This document shows, piece by piece, positions 37,085-46,173 of a stretch of 64,000 bases of DNA (positions within the stretch are counted from its first letter, which is position 1; each line of letters begins with the position of its first letter). The translations under genes and the position numbers were made by a program. The notes under the pieces were generated by a model that was given only the letters and a program-made list of their open reading frames with translations, made no database searches and had not been told where the DNA came from. This DNA is from a virus (Duplodnaviria; Caudoviricetes), in the IMG/VR virus record IMGVR_UViG_3300028591_000141, positions 34,780 through 98,779 of that record; one strand, given 5' to 3'.

Positions 37085-37461
37085 GAGACTCGTCCTCCTT
37101 AATTTTCTGAATATCATTCATCGCCTCTTCAGGCGTGACTTTCACCATATGCCTGTGAACCCACCATCTCGCATACAGCACCATGAACACCGCACCGGAT
37201 ATCCATCCGGCAAGAAAGAACCAAATCAATCGTTTATCGTCTCCTTCCACTACTTTTTGTAGTAATGTGGTGGTTTTAAAAAGCCGCGTCGCGGCACCGG
37301 CTGACCACCAACCGGATGGCATAGTCCCTCTTTCCATTGTGTCCCGCGACCCATAAGCATGGACCTTTTGAGAGGAACACACAGGGGAGAAAGCTGTGTT
37401 CAGGGCTAAACCCTTTGCCCGTATGATTTACCGTCAGCGCCCATGTCCAAAACGCTTCCGG

Positions 37462-37713
37462 TCAGTCGGCCTTTGTGCTCTTGTTGTAGGTCAGTTGCCT
37501 TGAATACCGTTTGCTCCGCCACATGGCTTTCTTCTTGGATTCGCTCATCGTATCGTTGTTCTTGTGGTACGTACGCTCCACCTTGTTTCGTTCGTCAAGC
37601 AGTTTGCGCCACTTCTGATACTTTTCGCACTGACTGTGATACGCACCGCATCCTTTGTCCGGACAGTCCCGGCATGGACAGTTTGACCTGTTTGCCTTGT
37701 CAAAGTCCATCAT
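37462..37713 (-). CDS. small Cys-rich basic protein
   Basis: CPCRDC...CGAYHSQCEKY. Confidence 0.6.
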   Translation of the reverse strand: MMDFDKANRSNCPCRDCPDKGCGAYHSQCEKYQKWRKLLDERNKVERTYHKNNDTMSESKKKAMWRSKRYSRQLTYNKSTKAD

Positions 37714-38207
37714 CAGTTTTCCCACCCCGCCAGGTTGTACGGACACAGGAACGTACCGTCATATGTTTCCAAAGGCACAACTACCTTCAGCAGTTTGAAC
37801 AGTCCGCATGCCTTGCACTGTTCACTGTCATCCGTACATTCACGGCACTTCACCTGGGCGGCATCCACAAGATGCCGGAACTCTTCCTTCTGCACCAGCA
37901 CCGTTGTCTTGCTCGGAGTCATCTTCGGGACCATCCGCATTTCCATGTCTTTGGAAACATTGTTGATGTTCATCCGCTGCTCCGTCGGAATTGTCCGCCG
38001 AATTTCCGTCAGCAGTTTCTCGGCGCTGTTCACCATCGTGTCCATCAGCTCAGCACCGCCGTCGATCCTGCTGACCCTGTCCTTCAGTTCATCCCGGCTG
38101 TCCATCATGGCGCTGACCGTGTTCATCAGAAACAGAATGGATATCTTTTCCTGCCGCGTTACGTCCCATGCATCATCCCTGCTCGGAACAACAAATCTCT
38201 CGGCCAT
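37713..38207 (-). CDS. hypothetical phage protein
   Basis: Co-oriented ORF; C-terminal Cys cluster. Confidence 0.65.
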   Translation of the reverse strand: MAERFVVPSRDDAWDVTRQEKISILFLMNTVSAMMDSRDELKDRVSRIDGGAELMDTMVNSAEKLLTEIRRTIPTEQRMNINNVSKDMEMRMVPKMTPSKTTVLVQKEEFRHLVDAAQVKCRECTDDSEQCKACGLFKLLKVVVPLETYDGTFLCPYNLAGWEN

Positions 38208-38209
38208 CC

Positions 38210-38746
38210 TTATTCACCATCCAATTCGAGATACTTGCTTTGTATGTATCCGCAGTCTGTCAGCGCCCATTCTTCCGTCCAGTACCGCACCTTCAGTTTT
38301 GCACCGCTTTTCAGCCAGCGAGTCCGTTTGCCGTTCACATACTTTCGCGCCGCAAGCCGTCCGTAGCTGACGATTGTTGCGGTCTGTCCGACCTTTTCCG
38401 GTTCGTCATACACAAGGAATCCTGCGAAGACCCATCCTTCTGTCTGCTCAAACGTCAGGTCGATGCAGTGGACATATCCGTTCTTCTTCCTGCCGTCCAG
38501 AACAACAGAGTCGCCGACCTCAAGCCGTCCGATTGGATCCTGTTTCTTGTTCGGCGTTGCTCTGACATTCACGTAGTCATCGCAGAGAACGAACATCGTT
38601 TCGTGGTATTCGTCCGCTTTCGCTTCGCCAAGCCCAAGCGACGTGTACAGTTCAATCGCACCCCACACAACAGCGGCAATCAGCAGGAGTTCAATCAGCA
38701 GCTTGATCCATTTCCATGCTTCCGTTTCTATGAACCGCTTCTTCAT
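38210..38746 (-). CDS. membrane-anchored SH3b-like domain protein
   Basis: TM helix; YVNVRATP, EGWVFAGFL and GYIQSKYL motifs; homologue of 434..985. Confidence 0.7.
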   Translation of the reverse strand: MKKRFIETEAWKWIKLLIELLLIAAVVWGAIELYTSLGLGEAKADEYHETMFVLCDDYVNVRATPNKKQDPIGRLEVGDSVVLDGRKKNGYVHCIDLTFEQTEGWVFAGFLVYDEPEKVGQTATIVSYGRLAARKYVNGKRTRWLKSGAKLKVRYWTEEWALTDCGYIQSKYLELDGE

Positions 38747-38749
38747 TGC

Positions 38750-38986
38750 TTACCTCTCTGCCGCCATCTGATCGGCGACCTCACGCCACTTCTGTGAGAA
38801 CGTGCTCTGCGATGTGCCTGGATGTACCTTGTTCACCTGCTCAAATTCAGCGAATGCCATCCGGCTGTGGGCTACGGACCGTGCAAGGGAGCGCGGATGA
38901 AAATGTTCCCGCGCTTCCCGCTGATGCTTCCTCGTTTCAAGTCTCCTGCCTTCACGGCCCAGTTTCAGTCCAGCATTTTCTTTCAT
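38750..38986 (-). CDS. hypothetical phage protein
   Basis: AAGGAGGAG RBS. Confidence 0.6.
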   Translation of the reverse strand: MKENAGLKLGREGRRLETRKHQREAREHFHPRSLARSVAHSRMAFAEFEQVNKVHPGTSQSTFSQKWREVADQMAAER

Positions 38987-38998
38987 GATTGCTCCTCC

Positions 38999-39766
38999 TT
39001 ATTCAGCCAACTCAATCCGGTTGGTTCTCTTTCCTTTGTTGTACTGTTCAACGAACGCTTTCGCGTACCGCACCTGCGCAGATCCGTCAAACTTGTTTGC
39101 CTTCTGCATATACCAGTCCGCAGGTTGCTTCTGAAGGGCCGCAATCATCTGCTTGGCGGTGATCTTGTCAGCATAGTGCTTGAACAAATACTTCATGCCC
39201 TTGAGGAATCCGTCCTGGAATCCCTTGTAATCTCCGAAGAACGAACGGCGCAGGATATCGAGGATGTTGATGAAGTTGTCGTGGCCGACTTCCTTGTACA
39301 CGTTGTACGCCGTCGTCACAGCGTTAATCCGGTTCTGCGACTGGCTCGTCCTGTTCTCAAAGTCCATCGTGCATCCGGCAAGCGATACGCACCGGACCAT
39401 ATCCATGACCTCGTCGTTCCCGCTGTTGTACTCCGCGCGGAGTTTATCCACCAGTCCGACCGCCTTGGAGAATCCTTCCTGCTTGACAAACAGGTCTTTT
39501 TCCTCCGTTTCCGTCAGTCCGCGATAGACCTTGCACTGGATCATCTTGTTGCCGTAGCGCTTCTTCCAGGCAGCCAAAGTGTGCTGACCGTTGAACACGT
39601 AATAGTTGCCGTTCTCGCGCAGGGAAACCTTCGGCGCGTTTACGAGGTCATCGTCCCAGTTCTTGGTAATCTTCTTGATCCTCGCAACGTCGATCTCACG
39701 CTGGTACTTCGGGTCTTTCTTGATCTGCTCCGGATAGAGCATGACATATTCATAACTGTGTTCCAT
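38999..39766 (-). CDS. ParB/Srx-like N-terminal domain protein
   Basis: DPKYQR...YYVFNGQHT motif. Confidence 0.7.
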   Translation of the reverse strand: MEHSYEYVMLYPEQIKKDPKYQREIDVARIKKITKNWDDDLVNAPKVSLRENGNYYVFNGQHTLAAWKKRYGNKMIQCKVYRGLTETEEKDLFVKQEGFSKAVGLVDKLRAEYNSGNDEVMDMVRCVSLAGCTMDFENRTSQSQNRINAVTTAYNVYKEVGHDNFINILDILRRSFFGDYKGFQDGFLKGMKYLFKHYADKITAKQMIAALQKQPADWYMQKANKFDGSAQVRYAKAFVEQYNKGKRTNRIELAE

Positions 39767-40667
39767 TGCTTACTCTCCTTTTAATCTTCGTAATCTCAAC
39801 CATGATTTTGTCCAGTGATTCAATGACCGCCATCCTGTTGTCATCGCACAGGTCTGCGTGGTCTGTGAGCAGGTTGTTCAGTGACCGTACAAACTGTTCC
39901 GAGTTCATGCTGATCTGCTCTGTCAGATGTCCGATGGTGTACTCCATCACGGATTCGTCTGTCAGCGTTTCCGCAATCCTGTTCATTTCTTTTGTTTCCG
40001 CTTTGGTGATCTTCTTTTTCTTTCCGCTTTTGATGTCGTCAATCATGATCTTCCGTACTTCCGGTCTTGCCTGTCCGATGTCACGCACAATCTGTTTGCT
40101 TACCTTCTTCTGTGCGCTCACAATTGAGTCAGCAAGTTCCGGTTCTTCCTCACGGATCGCGTCAATGCCTTTTGCATACATCTCTGCTCTGACGACTGTA
40201 GCCGAACTGACATTCAGTTCGTCGGCGATCTGTTCAGCGACACGGTTCTGCTTGGCTGTGTTTGGTAAGTTATCATTCTGACTACTTACCGCCTTCGTGT
40301 ACTGATTGCCGCGTCCGCCCTTCTCCGCGCCGTGGCTATGCTTCCTCGCCTTGTACATCTCGCCGATCAGCACTGTCTTCTGCTCATCTGTCAGATTCCG
40401 ACGACCAAGCTGATTCTTGTACATCCAGCCGAACGCTTCCCACTTGTCAGCAAAGTGCATTTCCCGCACGTTCCATTCCACAAACGGATGAGCGAGGATC
40501 ACCTTATACCTGTTATGACCGTCGATGATCGTGTCATTCCAAACCGTGATCGGGTCAAATACCTTTCCTGCTTCAAGGATGTTCTCCTCAAGCTGGGCGT
40601 ATTCAGCCTTAGTCAAAGGCGGGATCTTGTTCTGAAACTCCGGATCAACTTTCAACACTCTTTCCAT
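39750..40667 (-). CDS. ParB-like N-terminal domain plus HTH protein
   Basis: IIDGHNRY, NQLGRRNL, IADELNVSSATVVR. Confidence 0.75.
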   Translation of the reverse strand: MERVLKVDPEFQNKIPPLTKAEYAQLEENILEAGKVFDPITVWNDTIIDGHNRYKVILAHPFVEWNVREMHFADKWEAFGWMYKNQLGRRNLTDEQKTVLIGEMYKARKHSHGAEKGGRGNQYTKAVSSQNDNLPNTAKQNRVAEQIADELNVSSATVVRAEMYAKGIDAIREEEPELADSIVSAQKKVSKQIVRDIGQARPEVRKIMIDDIKSGKKKKITKAETKEMNRIAETLTDESVMEYTIGHLTEQISMNSEQFVRSLNNLLTDHADLCDDNRMAVIESLDKIMVEITKIKRRVSNGTQL

Positions 40668-40799
40668 ACAATCTCCACAATCCTTAACAAATAATTCATT
40701 GACCGCAGTTGTTGTTTGGTTTACAATGATTATGATTTCTCATGGTTGCCTTCGGATCGTTGATGTTCCAGCATCAGCGGTCCATTTTTGTTGTCACAA

Positions 40800-41036
40800 T
40801 CAATTCACACCACCACCGTTCCATACGATCATGGGCGTCTGCCCGGTGTACCAGTTAATGAACCCGACTCTCGGTATGCAGTAGCTATGCCCTGCCTTGC
40901 AGATCGGGAACCCGAGATACTTCGGTTCACGCTCCGCCTGGTCACGGATCGTCTGCGCATCCTTTCCGAGGAACTCAGCCACCTGCTTCACCGTCAGCGT
41001 GTTGCATGTCATGCTCTCAATCTCCGCCAGCGTCAT
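40800..41036 (-). CDS. excisionase-like HTH protein
   Basis: LTVKQVAEFLG...IPRVGFINW. Confidence 0.65.
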   Translation of the reverse strand: MTLAEIESMTCNTLTVKQVAEFLGKDAQTIRDQAEREPKYLGFPICKAGHSYCIPRVGFINWYTGQTPMIVWNGGGVN

Positions 41037-41434
41037 TGCCAGTCACCTTCCGGCGTCTGATATCCGCCGTTTTTCTTCACCATCTTCCGGAATGCTTCCG
41101 GTTCAATGGTGTTCGGCTTCGGCTGCTTCGGCTGAAAGTCCGGGCAGCAGTTCCGTATATAGGCATGGTGAAGCATCGCCGCCCGCCGCTCGTCGCACAG
41201 ATACGGGGCGGTAATCGCGGTATACGTTACGGATTCCTCAATTGCCTTTGTATCTTCGCCGACAAGGTGGTAGATCGCTTCAGCAATCTCGCCGTATATG
41301 TCGTTGTACGGGGTCTCGTCATACCCCATTTTCAGAAGCGCTTCGTCCAGTTCCTTGGCTTTGCGAGCCACCCTGACCATCCGCAATAATGCGTCTTTCA
41401 TGCCATCCATTACTCTGTCCTTTCTGTTCCACAC
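41033..41434 (-). CDS. hypothetical phage early protein
   Basis: Directly downstream of cro. Confidence 0.6.
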   Translation of the reverse strand: MWNRKDRVMDGMKDALLRMVRVARKAKELDEALLKMGYDETPYNDIYGEIAEAIYHLVGEDTKAIEESVTYTAITAPYLCDERRAAMLHHAYIRNCCPDFQPKQPKPNTIEPEAFRKMVKKNGGYQTPEGDWQ

Positions 41435-41467
41435 TCGTTTTTGCAGTATCTGTCCGTAAAAAAAATA

Positions 41468-41698
41468 TCAGTAGAAGATCTTCTCAACAGGGACGCCGTA
41501 ATAGTCTGCGATAATTTGCTTCAATTCTCCGGAAGGCTCGCGCGTTCCGTCCTCATAACTTTGCAGCGTGCTGTACGGAATTCCTGTTTCCCTGGACACA
41601 CCGGACCTTGTCCGTATTCCTCGCAGTTCGCGCAGCCGCTTCCCTGCTTCCGCCATGTTCGCTTTTCTTTCCAAAAGATGCCCCTCCTTTCTGTTCAT
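41468..41698 (-). CDS. Cro-like XRE HTH regulator (phage B)
   Basis: RSGVSRETGIPYSTLQSYEDGTREP. Confidence 0.85.
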   Translation of the reverse strand: MNRKEGHLLERKANMAEAGKRLRELRGIRTRSGVSRETGIPYSTLQSYEDGTREPSGELKQIIADYYGVPVEKIFY

Positions 41699-41709
41699 TT
41701 CTGACTAAA

Positions 41710-41800
41710 ATTATACTACAGTTTTTCCGTTAGTCAATCATATTAATTATAAACTTTTTATTACGATTGTGTTGAATTTTACTACATATTATGGTATTAT
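41710..41800. promoter_or_regulatory. phage B genetic switch: divergent promoters
   Basis: Leftward TTGACT(41737)-N16-TATAAT(41715); rightward TTGAAT(41772)-N17-TATTAT(41795); ACTACA half sites at 41715 and 41781. Confidence 0.7.
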
Positions 41801-41819
41801 CAGCATTGAGGTGATGATT

Positions 41820-42185
41820 ATGCCGTCATTTGGAGAAAATTTAAAAACGCTCAGAAAGTCACGTGGGTACAGCCAGGACAGGTTCGCCCGTGAAATAGGA
41901 AGCAACCAGGTCAACGTCAGCGCGTGGGAGATCGGCACAAGGATACCTTCCGTCTCAACCATCAAACATATAGCTGACGTATTCGACGTCCCGTTCAGCT
42001 CCCTTATTCCGCTTGCAGATTCCGGAAACGACGACGACTTCGTCCGTGAGGTTGCCGATGCCCTGCACCGGGATCCGAAGGTCCGCCTGCTTTTCGACAA
42101 GACACGTTACATGACTTCGGAAGACCTTGATGCCGTCCTCGGCGTGGTCAACGCCATATCAAGGAGCCGTGATCAAAATGAATGA
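41820..42185 (+). CDS. CI/ImmR-like repressor (phage B)
   Basis: XRE HTH; C-terminus homologous to 1820..2194. Confidence 0.85.
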   Translation: MPSFGENLKTLRKSRGYSQDRFAREIGSNQVNVSAWEIGTRIPSVSTIKHIADVFDVPFSSLIPLADSGNDDDFVREVADALHRDPKVRLLFDKTRYMTSEDLDAVLGVVNAISRSRDQNE

Positions 42186-42381
42186 AGACGTCACCGTTGT
42201 CCTGAAAGACATGTCTCCGCATGTCCGCGGTTTTACCTGTCTCGGGTCTGACTATAGCCCGATTATCGTAATCAACTCACGCCTGTCCGCTGAACAGCAG
42301 CGGAAAACCTATAAGCACGAACTGGAACATATCCGCACCGGGCAGATTGACGATGACGACTACGTGGAGTACGCGACATGA
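42178..42381 (+). CDS. minimal ImmA/IrrE-like metallopeptidase
   Basis: HELEH motif; homologous to 2187..2387. Confidence 0.75.
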   Translation: MNEDVTVVLKDMSPHVRGFTCLGSDYSPIIVINSRLSAEQQRKTYKHELEHIRTGQIDDDDYVEYAT

Positions 42382-43535
42382 AACCGAAGACACGCGGCAA
42401 TGGGCAGGGCACTGCCTATCAGCGTCCCGGGGAAAAGACCTGGACCGTGGAAGTTGTGGTCGGCTGGAGATTCCCGGACGGAGATCCGTCCAGACCGAAG
42501 CGCCCGGTCCGGAAGAAAAAGGGCGGGTTCAAAACAAAAAAACTGGCGCTTGATTATGTTTCCAGCCTTCAAAAGCAGAGCGGCAAGCGTGTGCAGAAAA
42601 CGCTTGAAGAAGTCTGGCTGTCATGGAAGGCTTTTTATGAATCACGTGTCGTCAAATCTACCATGGATAATTACCTGTACGCCTATATGCATTTCAATCC
42701 GCTGCACGGCATCTTCATGGACAGGATCACAGCCAATGACCTCCAGTCCTGCATGGATCATTGCAAGTCAGGAAAGCGTACGCACGAAAACATGCGGTGC
42801 GTCGCGAACCTTCTTTGGAAATATGCCATCGATCAGAATATCATCGACCGGAACGTCGCTTCCAATTTATATATCGGAGACGGCGTGTCCGTCCAGCGCG
42901 AACCAATCGATCCGGAAGAGGAAGCGGTCATCAAATCCGCCATCGGCAGGATCCGGTACGCCGAATATGTTTACTGCCTGTGCTGGCTCGGCTACCGTCC
43001 TGGAGAAATGCTGCAGCTCCGAAAAGATCAGATGTTCTGCGCTCCCGTCAAAACAGACTCCGGTCTGATCCACGTTTGGTATTTTGTCAACGGAAAGAAA
43101 ACAGACGCCGGCAGGGACAGGATCGTGATCGTTCCGGACGAGATTCTCCCGTATGTCATTGCCCGTCTGTACATCCCCGGAACGGATCTTGTCTTCCCGC
43201 AGTATGTATTCAACCGGAAGAAAACGCCTTCGCTTGTTTGCTTTAAGGAAATGAGCCATGCCTATTTCCGAACGGAAATCTTCAAACCCATGATGAAAAA
43301 GCTGAACATTGCCGAAGGGAAAGTTCCCTATTCGGGCCGTCATGCTTACGCGGACAAACTGAAAAACGCAAAAGGCACAGAAAAAGACAAGGCCCAGCTC
43401 ATCGGTCACTCGTCCTATCTGACCACCGTAAACAAGTACCAGTCATCCCATCTGGAGGATCTCCACGCGCTCGTAAACTCGTTTTCTACTCCCACCGTAC
43501 TCCCACCAAAAAAACCGCAACACATTGATAAATAA
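42378..43535 (+). CDS. int: tyrosine integrase (phage B)
   Basis: RGNGQGT arm-binding N-terminus; GYRPGE, KTDAG, YSGRH, IGH, NKY. Confidence 0.92.
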   Translation: MKPKTRGNGQGTAYQRPGEKTWTVEVVVGWRFPDGDPSRPKRPVRKKKGGFKTKKLALDYVSSLQKQSGKRVQKTLEEVWLSWKAFYESRVVKSTMDNYLYAYMHFNPLHGIFMDRITANDLQSCMDHCKSGKRTHENMRCVANLLWKYAIDQNIIDRNVASNLYIGDGVSVQREPIDPEEEAVIKSAIGRIRYAEYVYCLCWLGYRPGEMLQLRKDQMFCAPVKTDSGLIHVWYFVNGKKTDAGRDRIVIVPDEILPYVIARLYIPGTDLVFPQYVFNRKKTPSLVCFKEMSHAYFRTEIFKPMMKKLNIAEGKVPYSGRHAYADKLKNAKGTEKDKAQLIGHSSYLTTVNKYQSSHLEDLHALVNSFSTPTVLPPKKPQHIDK

Positions 43536-43707
43536 GGCTTCCGTTTTTGAATGGGGTTCAAGAGGCCGGAGGTTCGAATCCTCTCACCCAGACTTCCCGG
43601 AAGCCAATAAAATCAAGGCTTCCGGGAATTTTTATTCTGTAGTACATCCACTACAAGCTGTAATAAATGGCGAAAAATTGGATTCTACTCCCACCACTAC
43701 TCCCACC
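43487..43707. other. attP-like site: core plus arm repeats on both sides
   Basis: TACTCCCACC at 43487, 43498, 43686, 43698 flanking the tRNA-derived core; hairpin TTCCCGGAAGCC/GGCTTCCGGGAA at 43594-43628. Confidence 0.8.
43547..43593 (+). pseudogene. 3' half of tRNA-Pro(GGG), att core
   Basis: TTGA-ATGGGGT-TCAAG anticodon arm; GGAGGTTCGAATCCTCT T arm; no 5' acceptor strand or D arm. Confidence 0.8.
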
Positions 43708-43809
43708 ATTATTACAACGGTTTTGCTCATAGAAATACCCGTCCGTTTCCGGACGGGTATCTTTCAGTCATACAATTGAAAAGAGGATTGCGGAATATCA
43801 CTGGTAATA

Positions 43810-43843
43810 AAAACAGACCCGCTCATTTCTGAGCGGGCCTTTT
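43810..43843. terminator. terminator ending the moron operon
   Basis: CCCGCTCA-TTTC-TGAGCGGG hairpin with A and T flanks; second hairpin at 43733-43761. Confidence 0.6.
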
Positions 43844-43871
43844 GCTGCGGACATTTTTTGTCCTTTGCAAA

Positions 43872-44249
43872 TCAGTACCTACCGCCGTAGTACGGAGGCA
43901 TCCAGGGGGCATACGTCCCGGACATCGGAACCATGTCGCGGCTGGTGTACCGTCCCATGCTGTCGCGCGCACGGCGGTAGGACCGTCCGTCCTCTTCACC
44001 GCGCATGCCATAGCTGCGTCCGGAGTACATCCGTCCGTCATCGCCGCGGCGACCGGATGTATCCATATCCTCATCCATTTCTGCCTCTTCCTTCATGGCG
44101 TAATGGGTGTCCAGCTTCACAGCGGAGCTGAGCAGAAGCCGGAGCATTTCCAGATCCTGCATTGTCATCTCGGTGTCACCGGCATACTTCTTGTCGAGCT
44201 TGTCGAGTTCGTTGCACAGTTTGTCCTCGATGTTGTCATAGTACTTCAT
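43872..44249 (-). CDS. moron protein with RARDSMGRY motif
   Basis: Helical N-terminus; Arg/Gly/Tyr/Met-rich tail. Confidence 0.7.
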   Translation of the reverse strand: MKYYDNIEDKLCNELDKLDKKYAGDTEMTMQDLEMLRLLLSSAVKLDTHYAMKEEAEMDEDMDTSGRRGDDGRMYSGRSYGMRGEEDGRSYRRARDSMGRYTSRDMVPMSGTYAPWMPPYYGGRY

Positions 44250-44267
44250 CGGTGTTTCCTCCTTTCA

Positions 44268-44744
44268 TCAGGCAATCCTGGCCACGGTCAGGTTGGCGTT
44301 CTTCACGAGAATTTCAGGCGCGGCTCCGCCGGGAGCGGCAGGCGTGGAATCGTTCTCCACCGATACGGTGTAGCAGCATCCGCGCGGCACGGTAATAATC
44401 GCCGTGCTGGTCACGTTGAAGAAATTATCGTCCGTAGGAGGATCCGCGGCCGTAGCGGCGGGCGTCACAATGGCTTTGCTCGTCTGGAGCGGTTCGCCGT
44501 CAATCGCCAGCGCCACGGCAATCGGACCGACAGTACCGCTGTCCGGGATAGCAATGTTGCCGTTGAAGGTCACTTCGTACCTTGCAAAGCAGGCCGTCGG
44601 GCAGTTCACCATACCACGGAGAGTAAGGATCCCGCTGCCGTTACGGTGAATCACGTAACCTTTGTTGCAGGGGATGGAGTCGTTCAGCAGAACGTTCTGG
44701 TTCGGCTCTACCAGTTGGTAGGGGTTATACACATACTCAGCCAT
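44268..44744 (-). CDS. moron beta-sandwich protein (BclA C-terminal/TNF-like, tentative)
   Basis: HRNGSGILTLRG...YEVTFNGNIA...NANLTVARIA. Confidence 0.6.
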   Translation of the reverse strand: MAEYVYNPYQLVEPNQNVLLNDSIPCNKGYVIHRNGSGILTLRGMVNCPTACFARYEVTFNGNIAIPDSGTVGPIAVALAIDGEPLQTSKAIVTPAATAADPPTDDNFFNVTSTAIITVPRGCCYTVSVENDSTPAAPGGAAPEILVKNANLTVARIA

Positions 44745-44756
44745 GATTTCACCGCC

Positions 44757-45587
44757 TTACGCAGCACCGCATCCGCATCCGCAGCCGGCATAGCCGTTGT
44801 TGCCGCAGGTGAAGATCGGGGTCCGGCCGTACACAGGCGTGGTCGGTACAGGGCAGTTGTTCAGCCGGTTGTACAGCGCATCCACTTCAGCGCCCTGACC
44901 GGCGAGAATCGCGGCAGTCTGGGCGGTCTGGCTGGCTTCGTTGTTGGCAACAAGCAGCTGAGTCCGCAGCTGGTTGATCGTGTTGTTGGCGTCAGCCAGC
45001 TGACCCTTCACGCCGTCCAGCTCCAGCTGGCACAGCTTGTCCAGGATCGCCTGGGTGTTTGCGGTGCTGGTCGCGCGGGTGTTGCAGCCTTCGGTGGCGA
45101 TTGTGTACTTCACATCAGCCAGCCCGGCTTTGTTGTCGCAGCAGCATGTGGCAAGTTGCTGCTGGAGAGCGAAGTTCTGCTGCATGTCGGCGATCTGCCG
45201 CGCGTTGTTGGCGATTTCAGCCTGGGCAAAGCCGTTCTGCACGCCGGCAAAACCGGAACACAGGCTCTGCTGCACACCGGCAAATCCGCTCGTCACAGCG
45301 TCATGGACATTGTTGATGCCGGAGATGACCGCGCTCTGGTCGAAACCGCGCTGGACATCGCTGTACCCGGTCTGCTGACCGGCCATGACCCACGGGAAAT
45401 ATCCGCCGGCATTGCCGCCGTTGTTTCCCCAGCCGTTGTTTCCCCAACCGCCCATCAGGACGATGAGGAACAGGATGATCCACCATCCGGACCCGCCAAA
45501 GTCGCCGAATCCGCCGTTGTTGCCGTATCCGCCACCGTACATCGGGGCGACAGGCATTACCATGTTTCCATTGGTATCAGTTGTCAT
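44757..45587 (-). CDS. moron Gly/Asn-rich membrane protein with CCC motif and coiled coil
   Basis: GWWIILFLIVLMGGWG TM segment; TCCCD; Cys/Gly tail. Confidence 0.75.
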   Translation of the reverse strand: MTTDTNGNMVMPVAPMYGGGYGNNGGFGDFGGSGWWIILFLIVLMGGWGNNGWGNNGGNAGGYFPWVMAGQQTGYSDVQRGFDQSAVISGINNVHDAVTSGFAGVQQSLCSGFAGVQNGFAQAEIANNARQIADMQQNFALQQQLATCCCDNKAGLADVKYTIATEGCNTRATSTANTQAILDKLCQLELDGVKGQLADANNTINQLRTQLLVANNEASQTAQTAAILAGQGAEVDALYNRLNNCPVPTTPVYGRTPIFTCGNNGYAGCGCGCGAA

Positions 45588-45797
45588 AGTCGTTTGATTC
45601 CTTTCAGTTTATTTATCCTTCATCGGCTATGCGCACTCACCGAAAAGAATCAAGTTGAACTTTTTATGCTGTTTTCGTGCATCTTATCCGCTGATTTTGC
45701 GAGTTTTTCGCAAAATACAGAATCGAATTGCACTTTATCGTTCATTTAAAGAAAAATGCCGTTTGCTTTAATTACTCGTCAGCAATTAAAACCGGCT

Positions 45798-46043
45798 TTA
45801 CTTCTTTACCGCCTTCACCGTCTGCGTCATGGGTTTTGACTCCACGGCAGGAGCAACAGAAGGAATAAAGGAAGCCAGAAGTTTTGTGAACTTGTCGTTG
45901 TTGTCTCCCTGTTCCCGGCGAAATCGGGCATCCTTCAGTTCCGCACTCAGGATCATGTAGTCCTCGCTCGTAACTGCCTCCACTGGTTTGCTGATGATGT
46001 ATTCCACCAGCGCGTTGATCTTCTCCTGAATCTTTTCTTCCAT
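45798..46043 (-). CDS. hypothetical protein
   Basis: AAAGGAG RBS; flanked by repeats. Confidence 0.6.
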   Translation of the reverse strand: MEEKIQEKINALVEYIISKPVEAVTSEDYMILSAELKDARFRREQGDNNDKFTKLLASFIPSVAPAVESKPMTQTVKAVKK

Positions 46044-46173
46044 GGTCTTTCTCTCCTTTCATATATCCGTAACTGAACGAAAACTGCACATTTCATATAT
46101 CTGTACTTGCACGAAACATACACTTTTCGTTCAATTCCGTTCGTAAACTTGCACGCGTGTTATTCCGTGCGTG

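Noticed and set aside
37380-37425. c-di-GMP-I riboswitch (GGGCAAA/GGGCTAA words)
   Set aside because: The order and spacing of the conserved elements do not match the known consensus.
43547-43593. Functional tRNA-Pro gene
   Set aside because: The 5' acceptor strand and D arm are missing; it is an att core.
4500-43593. Single complete 39-kb prophage bounded by attL and attR
   Set aside because: Gene order would fit, but no duplicate of the tRNA-Pro core was found at the left end and the right site has both phage arms.
43842-45749. 635-aa plus-strand ORF (also 18679..20043, 13671..14933, 35193..36341, 61058..62221)
   Set aside because: These are antisense shadows of well-supported minus-strand genes with strong codon bias.
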